This document shows positions 1 to 10,817 of a DNA stretch of 55,357 bases, one piece after another. The notes beneath the pieces were generated by a model. That model searched no databases. It was not told where the DNA came from and was given only the letters and a program-made list of their open reading frames with translations. Numbering within the stretch: the first letter of the stretch is position 1; every line of letters begins with the position of its first letter. Origin of the DNA: Octopus sinensis (taxonomy: Eukaryota); contig NW_021833629.1 of NCBI RefSeq assembly GCF_006345805.1, positions 1 through 55,357 on the forward strand, in the 5' to 3' direction. Both the position numbers and the translations under genes were made by a program.

Positions 1-264
1 TATCCCAATTGCGGAGATAATTTTCCCCTCCTCACCGATAAATACGTAAGACATAAATGAAATACTTACTCATAGCCATGGAAAAAGCAAGCACTAGTCC
101 TGAGCAGAGCTAGGTACCCAATATATCCAAAACAGAAAATCTTCGGCACATCTCGAGACACGTGTGATTCAAACTAGAAACTTTCACAGAGTGAGAGAAT
201 CCGGAAGTGAACATTATTAACATTACAACTAATGTAGAACAAAATTTTTTTCGAAAAAAAAATT

Positions 265-281
265 TTATCCTACATTAGTTG

Positions 282-335
<54 letters not shown>

Positions 336-396
336 CATATTTATATATGTTTTTATGTATATATATATGTATGATGGTTTTTAATAATAGCATCCC

Positions 397-434
<38 letters not shown>

Positions 435-729
435 TATATATATACATATATATATATATATCTATGTATATATATATATATTATATATATATATATATAT
501 AATATATTATAAATATATATATATACATATATATATATATAATATGTTATATATATATATATATATATATACATATATAATACCATATACATATATATGA
601 GTAATGTGTAATATATTATTTTACAGATATATATATCTACATATTATATATAATATAATATATATTAATATAATAATATATATATATAATAATCTATATA
701 TTATACATAATATATATATTATATGTATA

Positions 730-811
<82 letters not shown>

Positions 812-825
812 ATATATATATCTGT
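265..825. repeat. Compound (TA)n microsatellite / AT low-complexity tract
   Basis: Long interrupted TA runs; source of the poly-Ile/Tyr pseudo-ORFs 265..447, 353..592 and 604..831. Confidence 0.97.
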
Positions 826-1860
826 AAATAATAATATTACAATTACTCAATAGTCAGATAAAATCTGAGTTTCAGATGGCGAAGTGGAAATCCACCGTTA
901 TCTGGCCATCTGAAAAACGCTATGAAAAAATACCGTTATACATGTGACTAAATTTTTGTTCCGTTTTTGGTCCCCTAAAGAAAACACATAGAATTTGCTT
1001 TCTATATTATGTCCCAAAAAGTTTTTTTTATCTCATTATACCTTTATTATTTCATATTTTTTTATATTTTTCACACGTAAATTTTTCTGTACTTTTCTAT
1101 CCGGCATTTTTTCCTGTGCCTATATAGACGTGTATATAGATTCATTTGTACACGTGTGTGAAATAGTGTATGAGTGGGCAGTTTTAGATGTGTGCGTGGT
1201 GGCGGGCATAAGAATGCACATATATATAATAGACGTTTTACTTAGTATTTTTTCCATTTTTTTTTTTGGTGGCGGGACCTGTGTATATTATTTTTTGTAT
1301 ATGCGTGTGTGTATGTATGCGTATATAAATATGTGCGGGTATGTACATATATGGTGGGCGTGTGTGTTGTATTAGTGCATAGGGCATGTCCGTATATGAA
1401 CGTGGTTTTTATGCTTTGTATACTTCCTTATGTTTTTTCTGTTACCTTTAACCACTGTTTTTCTTGTGCTTGTGCGTATATAGACGTATGTATGAACTTT
1501 TACGGTACGCATGTGTGTGTATGAGTTTGTATATATATGCGTATATATTTTTGGCGAAAAATGCGATTGTACGTTTTCATAGTGACGTATAAGTACGCAC
1601 GTGGGTTCGCGAACAGAATTATAATACAGTAATTTCCTTTTGTATAACGGTATTTTTTCATACCGTTTTTTCAGATGGCCAGATAACCGAAAAGATGGTG
1701 TTGTGGATTTCCACTTCGGCATCTGAAATTCAGAGTTTTATCTTGACTATTGAGTAATTTTAACATATTATTTTACAAATAAAATTCCTCTATTTACATA
1801 ATATTGAGGTATCTTTCTTTCTTTTGTTATCTTACCGTTTTTACCAATATATATATACAT
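820..1860 (+). mobile_element. Non-coding Penelope-like derivative: inverted partial pLTR (820-940, minus) joined to direct pLTR (941-1855), in (TA)n
   Basis: 820-940 is the reverse complement of about 1640-1780. 941-1020 (CATGTGACTAAATTT...GGTCCCCTAAAGAAAAC) matches the end of the GIY-YIG ORF at about 4700-4780. The 3' terminus ...GTTATCTTACCGTTTTTACCAA is shared with about 5050-5100 and with 9962-10010 (minus). Confidence 0.85.
1680..1745 (+). ncRNA. Degenerate family-A hammerhead motif
   Basis: GATAA-CCGAAAA-...-GAAAT-TCAGA-GTT-TTATC. The core substitutions (U4C, G8A) suggest it is inactive. Confidence 0.45.
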
Positions 1861-1903
1861 AAATACATACATATAGATAGTGTGAGTGTGTGAGAGAGAT
1901 GCA

Positions 1904-1940
<37 letters not shown>

Positions 1941-2544
1941 ATACACATATATAAATTTGTATGCGAAGATATATATATATGTACATATATATATACATAT
2001 ATATACATATATATATACATATATATATACATATATATATGCATGTAGTCTAGCTTATACTTATATAAATATTGTGTTTTTGTATAGATTGGGATATATA
2101 ATTACCTGTGGGGTTATATATACATGTGTACATATAGGTATATTCTATATATATACTTGTATATGTTTGTATGTATATACATATGTATATGTATATTGGT
2201 ATACATTTACATCTGTTGTTTAGTATAAAGCTTTGTATAAACTAGGTTTGAATGTGCATAACCACATGAATACACTATTATTTGGTTTAGTATATGTATG
2301 TGTGGATTTATGTATGTATATTTATGTATATATATGTTCATGGATATGCAGTTTTTCAATTATTGTTCTTTGTTATTAATTCTGTATATTAGATACTACA
2401 GATGGATCATCGTGTATATATGTGTATGTGATGGTATGTATATGTGTGTATATGTATGTATACGTATATATATATATATGTGTTTATTTGTATATGTGTG
2501 TATGTACATGTATATATATATACATACATATATATATATATATG

Positions 2545-3066
2545 CATCTAGTCTAGCTTGTACTTATGTAGATATAGATTTTTATATATTCAAATTGGGA
2601 TATATAAATACATGTGTGGTTATCTATACATGCAAATATGTACAGTTATATATATTTTTATATGTAAGTGAATATATTTACTCTTGCATATGTGTCTATA
2701 TGTATGTAGATATACATATGGATATATGTTATGCATGTGTATGTGAATATGTATGTATATATATATATATATATATACATACATTCACATACACATGCAT
2801 ATACATAATATCCATATGTATATCTACATACATATAGACCACACACATATATATACATACATATTCACATACACATGCATTACATATATCCATATGTATA
2901 TCTACATAATATAGACACATATGCAAGAGTAATATATTCACTTACATATTAAAAATATATATAACTGTACATATTTGCATGTATAGATAACCCACACATG
3001 TATTTATATATCCCATTTTGATATATAAAAACCCATATCTACATAAGTAAACAAGCAGACTAGATG
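2545..3066. repeat. Imperfect fold-back (about 210-bp arms) centred on (TA)n, with a roughly 75-bp internal tandem duplication
   Basis: CATCTAGTCTAGCTTGTACTTATGTAG... (2545 onward) is the reverse complement of ...CTACATAAGTAAACAAGCAGACTAGATG (ending 3066). The arms align through ...GTACAGTTATATATATTTT...GAATATATT...CTCTTGCATATGTGTC. Confidence 0.85.
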
Positions 3067-3077
3067 ACTTTATTTAT

Positions 3078-4749
3078 TAAAGAGGCCTTTAGGCATACGA
3101 CTTAACGATCACAAAGAAACTTCCTTTCCAACCCTAATGTAGGCTTATCAACCCAGCCAAGTCAGAACTTGGGATTATTAGTGAAAGAAATTTTAGATAA
3201 AATAAATACGAAAAATTAAGACGATACTAGGCTAGTACAATGGTCCAAATAGTATAGAAGTCGTAGACTGGGTTTAAAGCTATTAAGAATAAGAAAAAAG
3301 CGAGTTTACAACACAATTTCGATATTGTTGATTTTTATGCCTCTATCTCTAAAGAACTGCTAGATAAAGCCCTCATCTTCGCTAGCGACTTCATAGAAAT
3401 TCGTACCAATGATAAGGACATAATCTTACATGCTAGAAAGACATTACTTTTCAGTGAGAACGCAAAGTGGGTAAAAAACACCGACATAGAGGGCGCTTCG
3501 TCGATTGAGCATGGGTTCATATGATGGGGCAGGCATCTGCGATCTAATTGGACTTTTTCTCCTAGATACCTTAGGTAAGACATTCCCTAACGTACATTTC
3601 GCCATCTACAAAGATGATGCCCTCGTCTTAACAGCTAATACAAATGGACCAGCACAAGATCGTTTTAGGAAGGATATTATCCAGTTAATGAAACACTTCG
3701 GACTTAGTATAACTATAGATACTAACCTGACGGTTGTCAATTCTTAGACGTTTCCTTAGATCTTAATAAGAATATTTATAAGCCTTATAGGAAGCCCAAT
3801 GATAGACTAAGTTATATTAATGTAGGTTCATGCCATCCCCCTATAGTATTCAAAAATTAGTTAAAATATTAGCAAGAGGATTTCTAGCCTCTCCTCTGAT
3901 AAGGACATCTTCAATAGCGTTGCCCCAGTTATAATAAGGCTTTAAAAATAGATAGTGTTTTTAGGGAAAATAAAATATACACCTATCACTAGCCCAACAG
4001 TAAGGAAAGGAATAATAGAAATAGGAAGGTCATCTGGTTTACGCCCCCTTACTCACCCGAGGTGGCCTTCAATATGGTAAATATTTCCTAGCACTGATAG
4101 ATAGACATTTTCCAGTTAACCATACTTATAGGAAACTCTTATAGTTTCCTATACTTATAGTTTCCTATACTTATAGTTTCCTATACTTATAGTTTCCTAT
4201 ACTTATAGTTTCCTATACTTATAGTTTTAGTTCAACTACCAATTTTAAAAACATAATCAAACATAACATACAAAAAACACAACAAGAAAACAGCTGTTCA
4301 TGCAGGAATAAAGAATTGTGCCCGCTAAATGGAGCTTGCATGTCCAAGACCATCATATATGAAGCTACCGTAAACTCTATAACCACTAAAGACAACCGTT
4401 TCGACGAAGAAATACGTGGGCCTTACAGAGGGTAATTTCAAGGCCAGGTTCAATACCACACTTTGAGCTTTAGGCACTGGAGCAAAAGAAAAGCGAGACC
4501 CAATTATCTAATCATATTTGGTCTTTAAGAGATAAAGGTGTCGATTATAACATACAATGGAAGATTTTGGCCAGATGTAAGCCCTATACCAACGCAGCGG
4601 AGGTGCGGTCTATGCGACATGGAGAGATGGCTTATCTGGAAAAGCAGCTTAGACCATACTACATGTCTAAATACACGGACAGAACTTTCGGATCATGCCC
4701 ACATGTGACTAAATTTCTTTTATGTTTTGGTCCCCTAAAGAAAACATAG
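3078..4749 (+). pseudogene. PLE reverse transcriptase / GIY-YIG polyprotein, disrupted by multiple frameshifts and stops
   Basis: ORF fragments 3505..3747 and 4567..4749 plus manual translation of the intervening frames. Confidence 0.88.
4138..4226 (+). repeat. 16-bp minisatellite (CTTATAGTTTCCTATA) x about 5.5 inside the PLE ORF
   Basis: Five exact units from 4138 plus a partial unit. Confidence 0.95.
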
Positions 4750-4930
4750 AACATGCTTTCTATGTTATGTCCCAAGAAGATTTTATATATTTTTATATAT
4801 TTTTAATGTATTTTTTTATATAATTTTTATGACGAAAAATGCGAGCGATGTTTAGTACGCAGGCAAGCAGAGTTATAACACAGTAATTTCCCTTTATTTA
4901 ACGGTATTTTTTCATAGCGTTTTCAAATAG

Positions 4931-4998
4931 CCAGATACCGAAGAGATGGTGTTGTGGATTTCCACTTCGGCATGTGAAACTCAGAGTTTTTATCTTGA
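4931..4998 (+). ncRNA. Hammerhead-ribozyme-like motif, family A (U4C variant) in PLE pLTR
   Basis: GATA-CCGAAGA-[GATG..GTGGA TT TCCAC..CATGT]-GAAAC-TCAGA-GTT-TTTATC; palindromic stem III (AAACTC/GAGTTT). Confidence 0.55.
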
Positions 4999-5096
4999 CT
5001 ATCGAGTAATGTAACATATTATTTATAGATAAATTTCCTCTATTTACATAATATTGAGGTATCTTTCTTTCTTCTTTTGTTATCTTACCATTTTTT

Positions 5097-5156
<60 letters not shown>

Positions 5157-5260
5157 AGGCGTGTGTAGCTGTGTATCTGTATGTATCTGTATGTAGCTGT
5201 GTATCTGTATGTAAATATGTATCTGAATATGTATAAATATACATATTTATACATATGTAT

Positions 5261-6550
5261 TTGGATATTACAATTGGATATTACAATTGAATCTGTTTGT
5301 ATTATGATGATGTATATCTGATAACCATATACTAACTGTATATTTTATATGATTTTATACATGTATATTTGTATATATATATGTATGTATATATATATAT
5401 ATGTAAATGTATATATATATATATATATGGACTCTTAGAGAATGTATATGCATATATGTATATAATTATAATAATATGTGGGAGAATATATTATACTATA
5501 TGTAGGTATTTGATTATGCATGTTTATGTATAGGTATATGTCTATATGCATGTGCATATGTGTGTATGTGTAAATTTGTGTTATGTGTAGTTATGTATAG
5601 ATATTTGTGTTTGTCGAATAGTAATACATATAGAGGTTTGAATGTGTCTTTACGAGTATGCTTGTGGATATGGATAAATTTCGTTCGTGTTCTATTCAAT
5701 AAAATGTTAGGTATAAATCATTTAACTCATATCTAGCTTATTTGTTTAATTGGTAGACCTAACTTATTTATAGAGTTAATTTTGTACGTATTTGTATATG
5801 TTGATGTAGGAATGTATGTGTATGTACATGTGTGTATGGGTATGTGTGTATGTATGTATATATGTTTGGATGTGTATATGTGTGCGTGTATGTGGATTAT
5901 AAGTAGGAATGTGTATGTGTGTAATGTGACGTTTTGTGAGAGTATGTGGATACATGTGAGTGCATGTATGTTTGTGTATATGTGAGTGGATATATACGTA
6001 TATATCTATGCTTTTCAACGGATGTATGTTTATGTTGTGTAACGTATGTACATTTGTTTACGTATGCGTAGGTATGTGTGTGTGTATACATGCATTTCGA
6101 TAGTATAAAATATGGTGGGAGTTATAAATGATTGATTTTTGTATAGATTTCTGTAGGAACTTTTATTTAAGCTTACATCTATAAGTTAATTTAAAGATAT
6201 AATTGTTAACACGAAAGGCTAATACTTATAATTAGACCCTCTACTATTTACAACGGATCAAGCGGATAAGTTCAAATGAATTAGCCAATTGGAAATAGCT
6301 TGTGATTTAAAATAACCGCTCCCTGACCTCCAGTAATTTTGAAACTCTTTAATTAATATAACATAAAGTATAAATATTTTAGCTTAACTTCAACTTTAAC
6401 GAAAAGAAAAAAATATTCATTTGGATATTACAATTGAATCTGTTTGTATTATGAGGATGTATATACTGATAACCATATACTAACTGTATATTTTATATGA
6501 TTTTATACATGTATATTGTATATATATATGTATGTATATATATATATATA
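5261..6550 (+). repeat. About 130-bp direct repeat pair (5261-5400 and 6421-6550) within TA/TG-rich low-complexity DNA
   Basis: TTGGATATTACAATTGAATCTGTTTGTATTATGA..GATAACCATATACTAACTGTATATTTTATATGATTTTATACATG occurs at both positions. Confidence 0.85.
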
Positions 6551-6634
6551 TATATTTTAATCTTGTATCGTAATTGATTGTTGTTATTTATCTGGTCATA
6601 CGCATAGACGTTTTATAATATGTTATTATTGATA

Positions 6635-6655
6635 AACATAATAATAATAATAATG

Positions 6656-6739
<84 letters not shown>

Positions 6740-6745
6740 TTAATA
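6635..6745 (+). repeat. (TAA)n microsatellite
   Basis: Direct reading; source of the poly-Ile ORF 6620..6946. Confidence 0.97.
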
Positions 6746-6992
6746 ATTGATTATATCTATCTGTTCATAAGCATAGACGTGTTTATATGTTCCAATGTAT
6801 ATATATATACTATATATATATCTATATATATATATATAATATATATATATATTATATATATATATATATGTATGTATATCTGTGTATATATGTATAGTAT
6901 ATGTCTATATGGGGATATTGTTATATTTTTTATATATATTAAATAATATGTGTATCATGTAATGTATTAATATTAATATTTTTTAAAGTTCC

Positions 6993-7134
6993 TTATAACC
7001 TCTGACGAGGCACATGGTTATATATAAGTACCCTATTTTTAAATGCCTATAACCTCAGTATGTTGACACCTATAGGCAATAAAAATAAAATTATCTACTT
7101 TTAGCCATAGGCTGAAACAGCTGTAAGAAGTGAT
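6993..7134 (+). ncRNA. Type I hammerhead-ribozyme-like motif, family B, with a rod-like stem II of about 105 nt
   Basis: CTGACGA (7002-7008) ... GAAAC (7114-7118) AGCT GTA (7123-7125). Stem II nested helices: GGC/GCT, ATGGTTA/TAGCCAT, AAGTA/TACTT, TATTTTTA/TAAAAATA, TGCCTATA/TATAGGCA. Stem I is imperfect. Confidence 0.65.
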
Positions 7135-7313
7135 TTTAATGATTTCAATGATTTATATTATGACTTTTATAATTTGTATTCTTATTGAATCATAAGATAT
7201 ATATGTATGCTATTGAGGTTCTCATTTTGTTATATGAATAAATAATTCAACATTCTAATATCCGAAAGTTGATGAACAAACTAAAGTTGTTTCTCCATTT
7301 TCTTATTTGTATT

Positions 7314-7371
<58 letters not shown>

Positions 7372-7774
7372 TATGTATGTATGTATGTATTTATGTATGT
7401 ATTTGTGTATGCATGTATATTTGGTGGTCTTCAGTGGAATTTGTTAATATTTACATTTACTATAGACTCTAGATTCCTATCTCTTTGACTGGCTATAACT
7501 GCATAATCAGCAATATCGAAGTGCTGAAGCCTTTTAACCGTCTATGGTGAAATTGGAAGCACTTATAATGATTCTTTTGTCAATTCCTCTCCTTTCCTTG
7601 TGTTTGTTTTATTATTGCTTTAGGATTTTAATTTATTAATTTCTTCCCTTAGTTTCTACATTCGAAGCAGCAGAATATTATTAATCAAGATTCTTCTATA
7701 TTATACAGGCTTCTCGTTCTTGTTTGGCTTGTTTAGAAGTATTTCTCTCTAACTCCACCTCTCTGCCCGCCTCG

Positions 7775-7960
7775 CTCACTCACTCACTACCTAACTAACT
7801 AACTTACTAACTCACTCTCTCTCTCACTCACTCACTCACTCACTCACTCACTCACTCACTCACTCACTCACTACCTAACTAACTAACTAAATAACTCACT
7901 CACTCACTCACTAACTAACTAACTAACTAACTCACTCACTCACTCACTTACTCACTCACC
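7775..7960 (+). repeat. Compound (TCAC)n/(TAAC)n tetranucleotide microsatellite
   Basis: Direct reading. Confidence 0.95.
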
Positions 7961-7990
7961 ACTCTCTCTCCCTCTCTATCTATCTATGTA

Positions 7991-8300
7991 TCTCTCTAAA
8001 GGAGATTACGGCAGCGTTACTGGATGTTAATAGTTATCGCCATACTAATATGGCAGTCTAAATATAAGACTAAAGCTGTCGCTGATTAGCTCCAAGATGT
8101 CTGACTGGCAAGGTGAAGCGGCTGACCTCCCCTCTTTGAAGGTTGTAATGGACGTAGGTTCGTGTGTCATATAGCTAGCTAGAGGCGTTGGCCTCTTGGA
8201 GCTAATCAGCGACAGCTTTAGTCTTATATTTAGACTGCCATATTAGTATGGCGATAACTATTAATATCCAGTAACGCTGCCGTAATCTCCTTTAGAGAGA
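7991..8300. mobile_element. Fold-back/MITE-like element with 107-bp terminal inverted repeats
   Basis: 7991-8097 is the reverse complement of 8194-8300 with one mismatch seen; 96-bp spacer; no clear target-site duplication. Confidence 0.85.
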
Positions 8301-8337
8301 CTTAATAATTTTAATATTTCTATTATATATATATATA

Positions 8338-9938
8338 TCTTATGATAAAAGGTAGATTTTCTCTGCCTCCCAAACCGTTTGTTTTTTATACAATTGTACA
8401 ATATAGAATTTATTTAATGGGAATTTACCTATGCTTTTTTCCAAGTAGATTCCATTGGGTCATGGCATGTAAAGTTTTTTCAATTTGACCCGCAATTAAG
8501 CAAAAATTCGAGAAAAGTAAATATTTTACGATTTGCCTCTCTCATTTCAAGTGCTTCACTCCTCCCATTACCACCACACTTTCTGCAACTTTCTCTTTGC
8601 AAGTGTGCAACAATTAAAGTGAAAGTATTTATATAACAGGGATGAGCAATTAATACAGGTCATCCTTTTTGCTAGAGTAAGATCCGCTATGGTCTTATAT
8701 GCTACACCACTGGTTTTCAATTCATATTAATCAAATTAATATTCAATTTTTCACCCTTATTATGTGTGTGTGTGTGTATTAGCAATTCGTATAAAATTGC
8801 CTCAATGACTTGAACTTGAATAAGTGGTTTCACATAAATGGGGATAAATTAAAAAGGTTTGTTGTTATTATTATTACTGTTTGACTATTGTAATCACGTT
8901 TGTTGGTTCCTCGTCAGTGAAACGTTGTTGTGTTGCATTTGTTAAATAATTGTAAACCGTAACCCTCCCCCGTTCGTTATTGTTTAAAAATTGAATTGTT
9001 TCCCTGTTTGGGGAAATTAACAATATTTTCACCGTCTTTGCGGAAGCATTTTTGTTAAAATGCCTTCGATAGAAGAAAGTCCAAAATTGAATTTCGCTGC
9101 AGCCGTACACTTCTATACAAGAGGGAGGACAAGATCCAATTGATCGAAATTGCAAGAGACAGGCCTACAATTCCAGTCTGTTATATATTTTGAGTATTGT
9201 TATCACTAGCGATATCAAGATATAATTTAGTATTTTGTATTTTATGTGTAGATGTATATATATAGATGTACATGTAATATGTACACATATATATATACAC
9301 ATATATACATGCATAATATACCTACCCATACACACATACGCGCACACACACACACATACATAGGGGCAGGTGTGGCTGTGTGGTAACAAACTACGTTCCA
9401 AACACATGGTCCTGGGTTCAGTCCCACTGTGTGGTGACTTGGCATGTGTCTTCTGCTGTAGCTTCAGACCAACAAAAGCCTTCTCAGTGGATTTTGTACA
9501 TATATACAGGCATACATACATATATATACATGCATGTTCTATATTTTATAAATTATCCATATTTACTTACCCATGCTTCATTCCGCTCTTGTCTACATAG
9601 GGCATCCATTCTCTTTTAACACAGCATGAAGTTTTGTAACAGCACATCCGTTGCCGTTCGTGGAAAACGAAGGGACCCTATTCACCTGCGAACGTTTTAC
9701 ACTGCCTTCCACGACTATCAAATACTTACAATTATGATAACAATAACATGGCTCTTTTCAAGGCAACCTCGCATTCAATTCTTACACCATTCTATACACT
9801 TACAAATACACTTACAAATACATTCATTCGCCATAAACTTATATCAATATTTGCCTGAATAATCATCATAATTCAGTGCAATCATTAACAGTACTTTCAA
9901 GCAATTCAGCCCCAAGCATCGCCGGGCAATTCTGCTAG
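8338..9938 (+). mobile_element. Non-autonomous Helitron-like element (5' boundary tentative)
   Basis: The 3' end GCATCGCCGGGCAATTCTG-CTAG|T matches the hairpin+CTAG ends at 22602 and 23400. A possible 5' TC start (TCTTATGATAAAAGG) lies at 8338. Confidence 0.55.
9362..9490 (+). mobile_element. tRNA-derived SINE, 5' fragment
   Basis: A-box-like GTGGCTGTGTGGTAA and B-box-like GGTTCAGTCCC, then a body homologous to the copies at 11311 and 14784. Confidence 0.85.
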
Positions 9939-9961
9939 TATATATATATATATATATATAT

Positions 9962-10701
9962 ATATTGGTAAAAACGGTAAGATAACAAAAGAAAGAAAGA
10001 GACCTCAATATTATGTAAATAGAGGAATTTATCTGTAAATATAATATGTGACAACTATTCGGTAGCCAAGATAAAACTCTGAGTTTCGGATGCCGAGATG
10101 GAAATCCACACCACCATCTCTTCAGTTATCCGGTCATCGGAAAACGCTATGAAAAAGAGCGTTATGCAAAGGGAAATTACTGTGTTATTGACCGCTATTT
10201 ATACTAAAGTGCTACTCGAATGACCGCTAATTAAGGGTATGTCCGTATATGAACGAGGTTTACTCTTTGTACACTTCCTTATGCTTTTTTCTGTATTATT
10301 ACCCTTAATCCTGTTGTTTTTTTGTGCTTGTGCGTATGTAGACGTATGTATGAATCTTTACGTGTGTGTGTGTGGGTTTGTATGTATATGCATATACATT
10401 TGGCAGAAGATGCGAGTGAAGATGCGTACGTTTTTCTAGTGATGTATGCATACGCACATGGGTATGCGAGCGCACATGGAAACGTATGAATAGGCGCGCT
10501 TATGCCTTACCTTAATTAGCGGTCATTCGAATAGTGCTTTAGTATAAATAGCGGTCAATAACACAGTAATTTCCCTTTGTATAACGGTCTTTTTTCATAG
10601 CGTTTTTCCGATGGGCGGATAACTGAAGAGATGTTGGTGTGGATTTTCACCTCGGCATCCGAGGTAGCCATGTTTTATCTTGGTTACCGAATAATTGCCA
10701 C

Positions 10702-10707
<6 letters not shown>
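9962..10707. mobile_element. Non-coding PLE fold-back derivative: minus-strand pLTR with full 3' end (9962-10237) plus plus-strand pLTR segment (10238-10707), both ends in (TA)n
   Basis: About 10040-10236 and 10510-10707 are inverted repeats. 10238-10400 is homologous to 1387-1520. A TATA-like AGTATAAATA lies in each arm. Confidence 0.88.
10066..10134 (-). ncRNA. Family-A type I hammerhead-ribozyme-like motif with canonical core
   Basis: Minus strand reads CCG-GATAA-CTGAAGA-GATGGTGGTGTGGATTTCCATCTCGGCATCC-GAAAC-TCAGA-GTT/TTATC-TTGG. Stem I is GATAA/TTATC, stem III is palindromic, and the NUH triplet is GUU. Confidence 0.7.
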
Positions 10708-10763
<56 letters not shown>

Positions 10764-10764
10764 A

Positions 10765-10817
<53 letters not shown>

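Larger units (their letters stand above)
3078..5100 (+). mobile_element. 5'-truncated Penelope-like element (RT + C-terminal GIY-YIG endonuclease + pLTR), probably Nematis-like clade
   Basis: Frame-hopping translation gives DHKENF..NPxCRLINPAKSELG, FDIVDFYASISKELL, MGSYDGAGICDLIGLFLL, YKDD, FLDVSLDL, then SCSCRNKELCPLNGAC, IIYEATV, KYVGLTEGNFKARF, QLSNHIWSL, RCGLCDME, and GSCPHVTKFLL* (stop at 4749). An HHR-bearing pLTR follows. Confidence 0.9.

Noticed and set aside
130-240. HLETRVIQTRNFHRVRES resembling a GIY-YIG C-terminus
   Set aside because: Too short, interrupted by stops, and cut by the window edge; no supporting motifs.
3078-4749. Possibility that the PLE is a Naiad-type selenoprotein element
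   Set aside because: Naiads have an N-terminal endonuclease, whereas this one is C-terminal, and the conserved Cys positions I could read use TGT/TGC rather than TGA.
6100-6420. Possible endonuclease coding remnant upstream of the family-B hammerhead
   Set aside because: All three frames are full of stops and show no convincing motif.
265-7472. Numerous 60-180 aa ORFs rich in Ile/Tyr/Val/Cys/His (also at about 20000-21970, 30964-31458, 38057-38394 and 41980-42507)
   Set aside because: They are translations of (TA)n, (TG)n, (TAA)n and (TCA)n repeats with no domain content.
7480-7750. Minus-strand IIISASNFTIDG resembling a PLE N-terminal motif
   Set aside because: A weak similarity with no flanking support.
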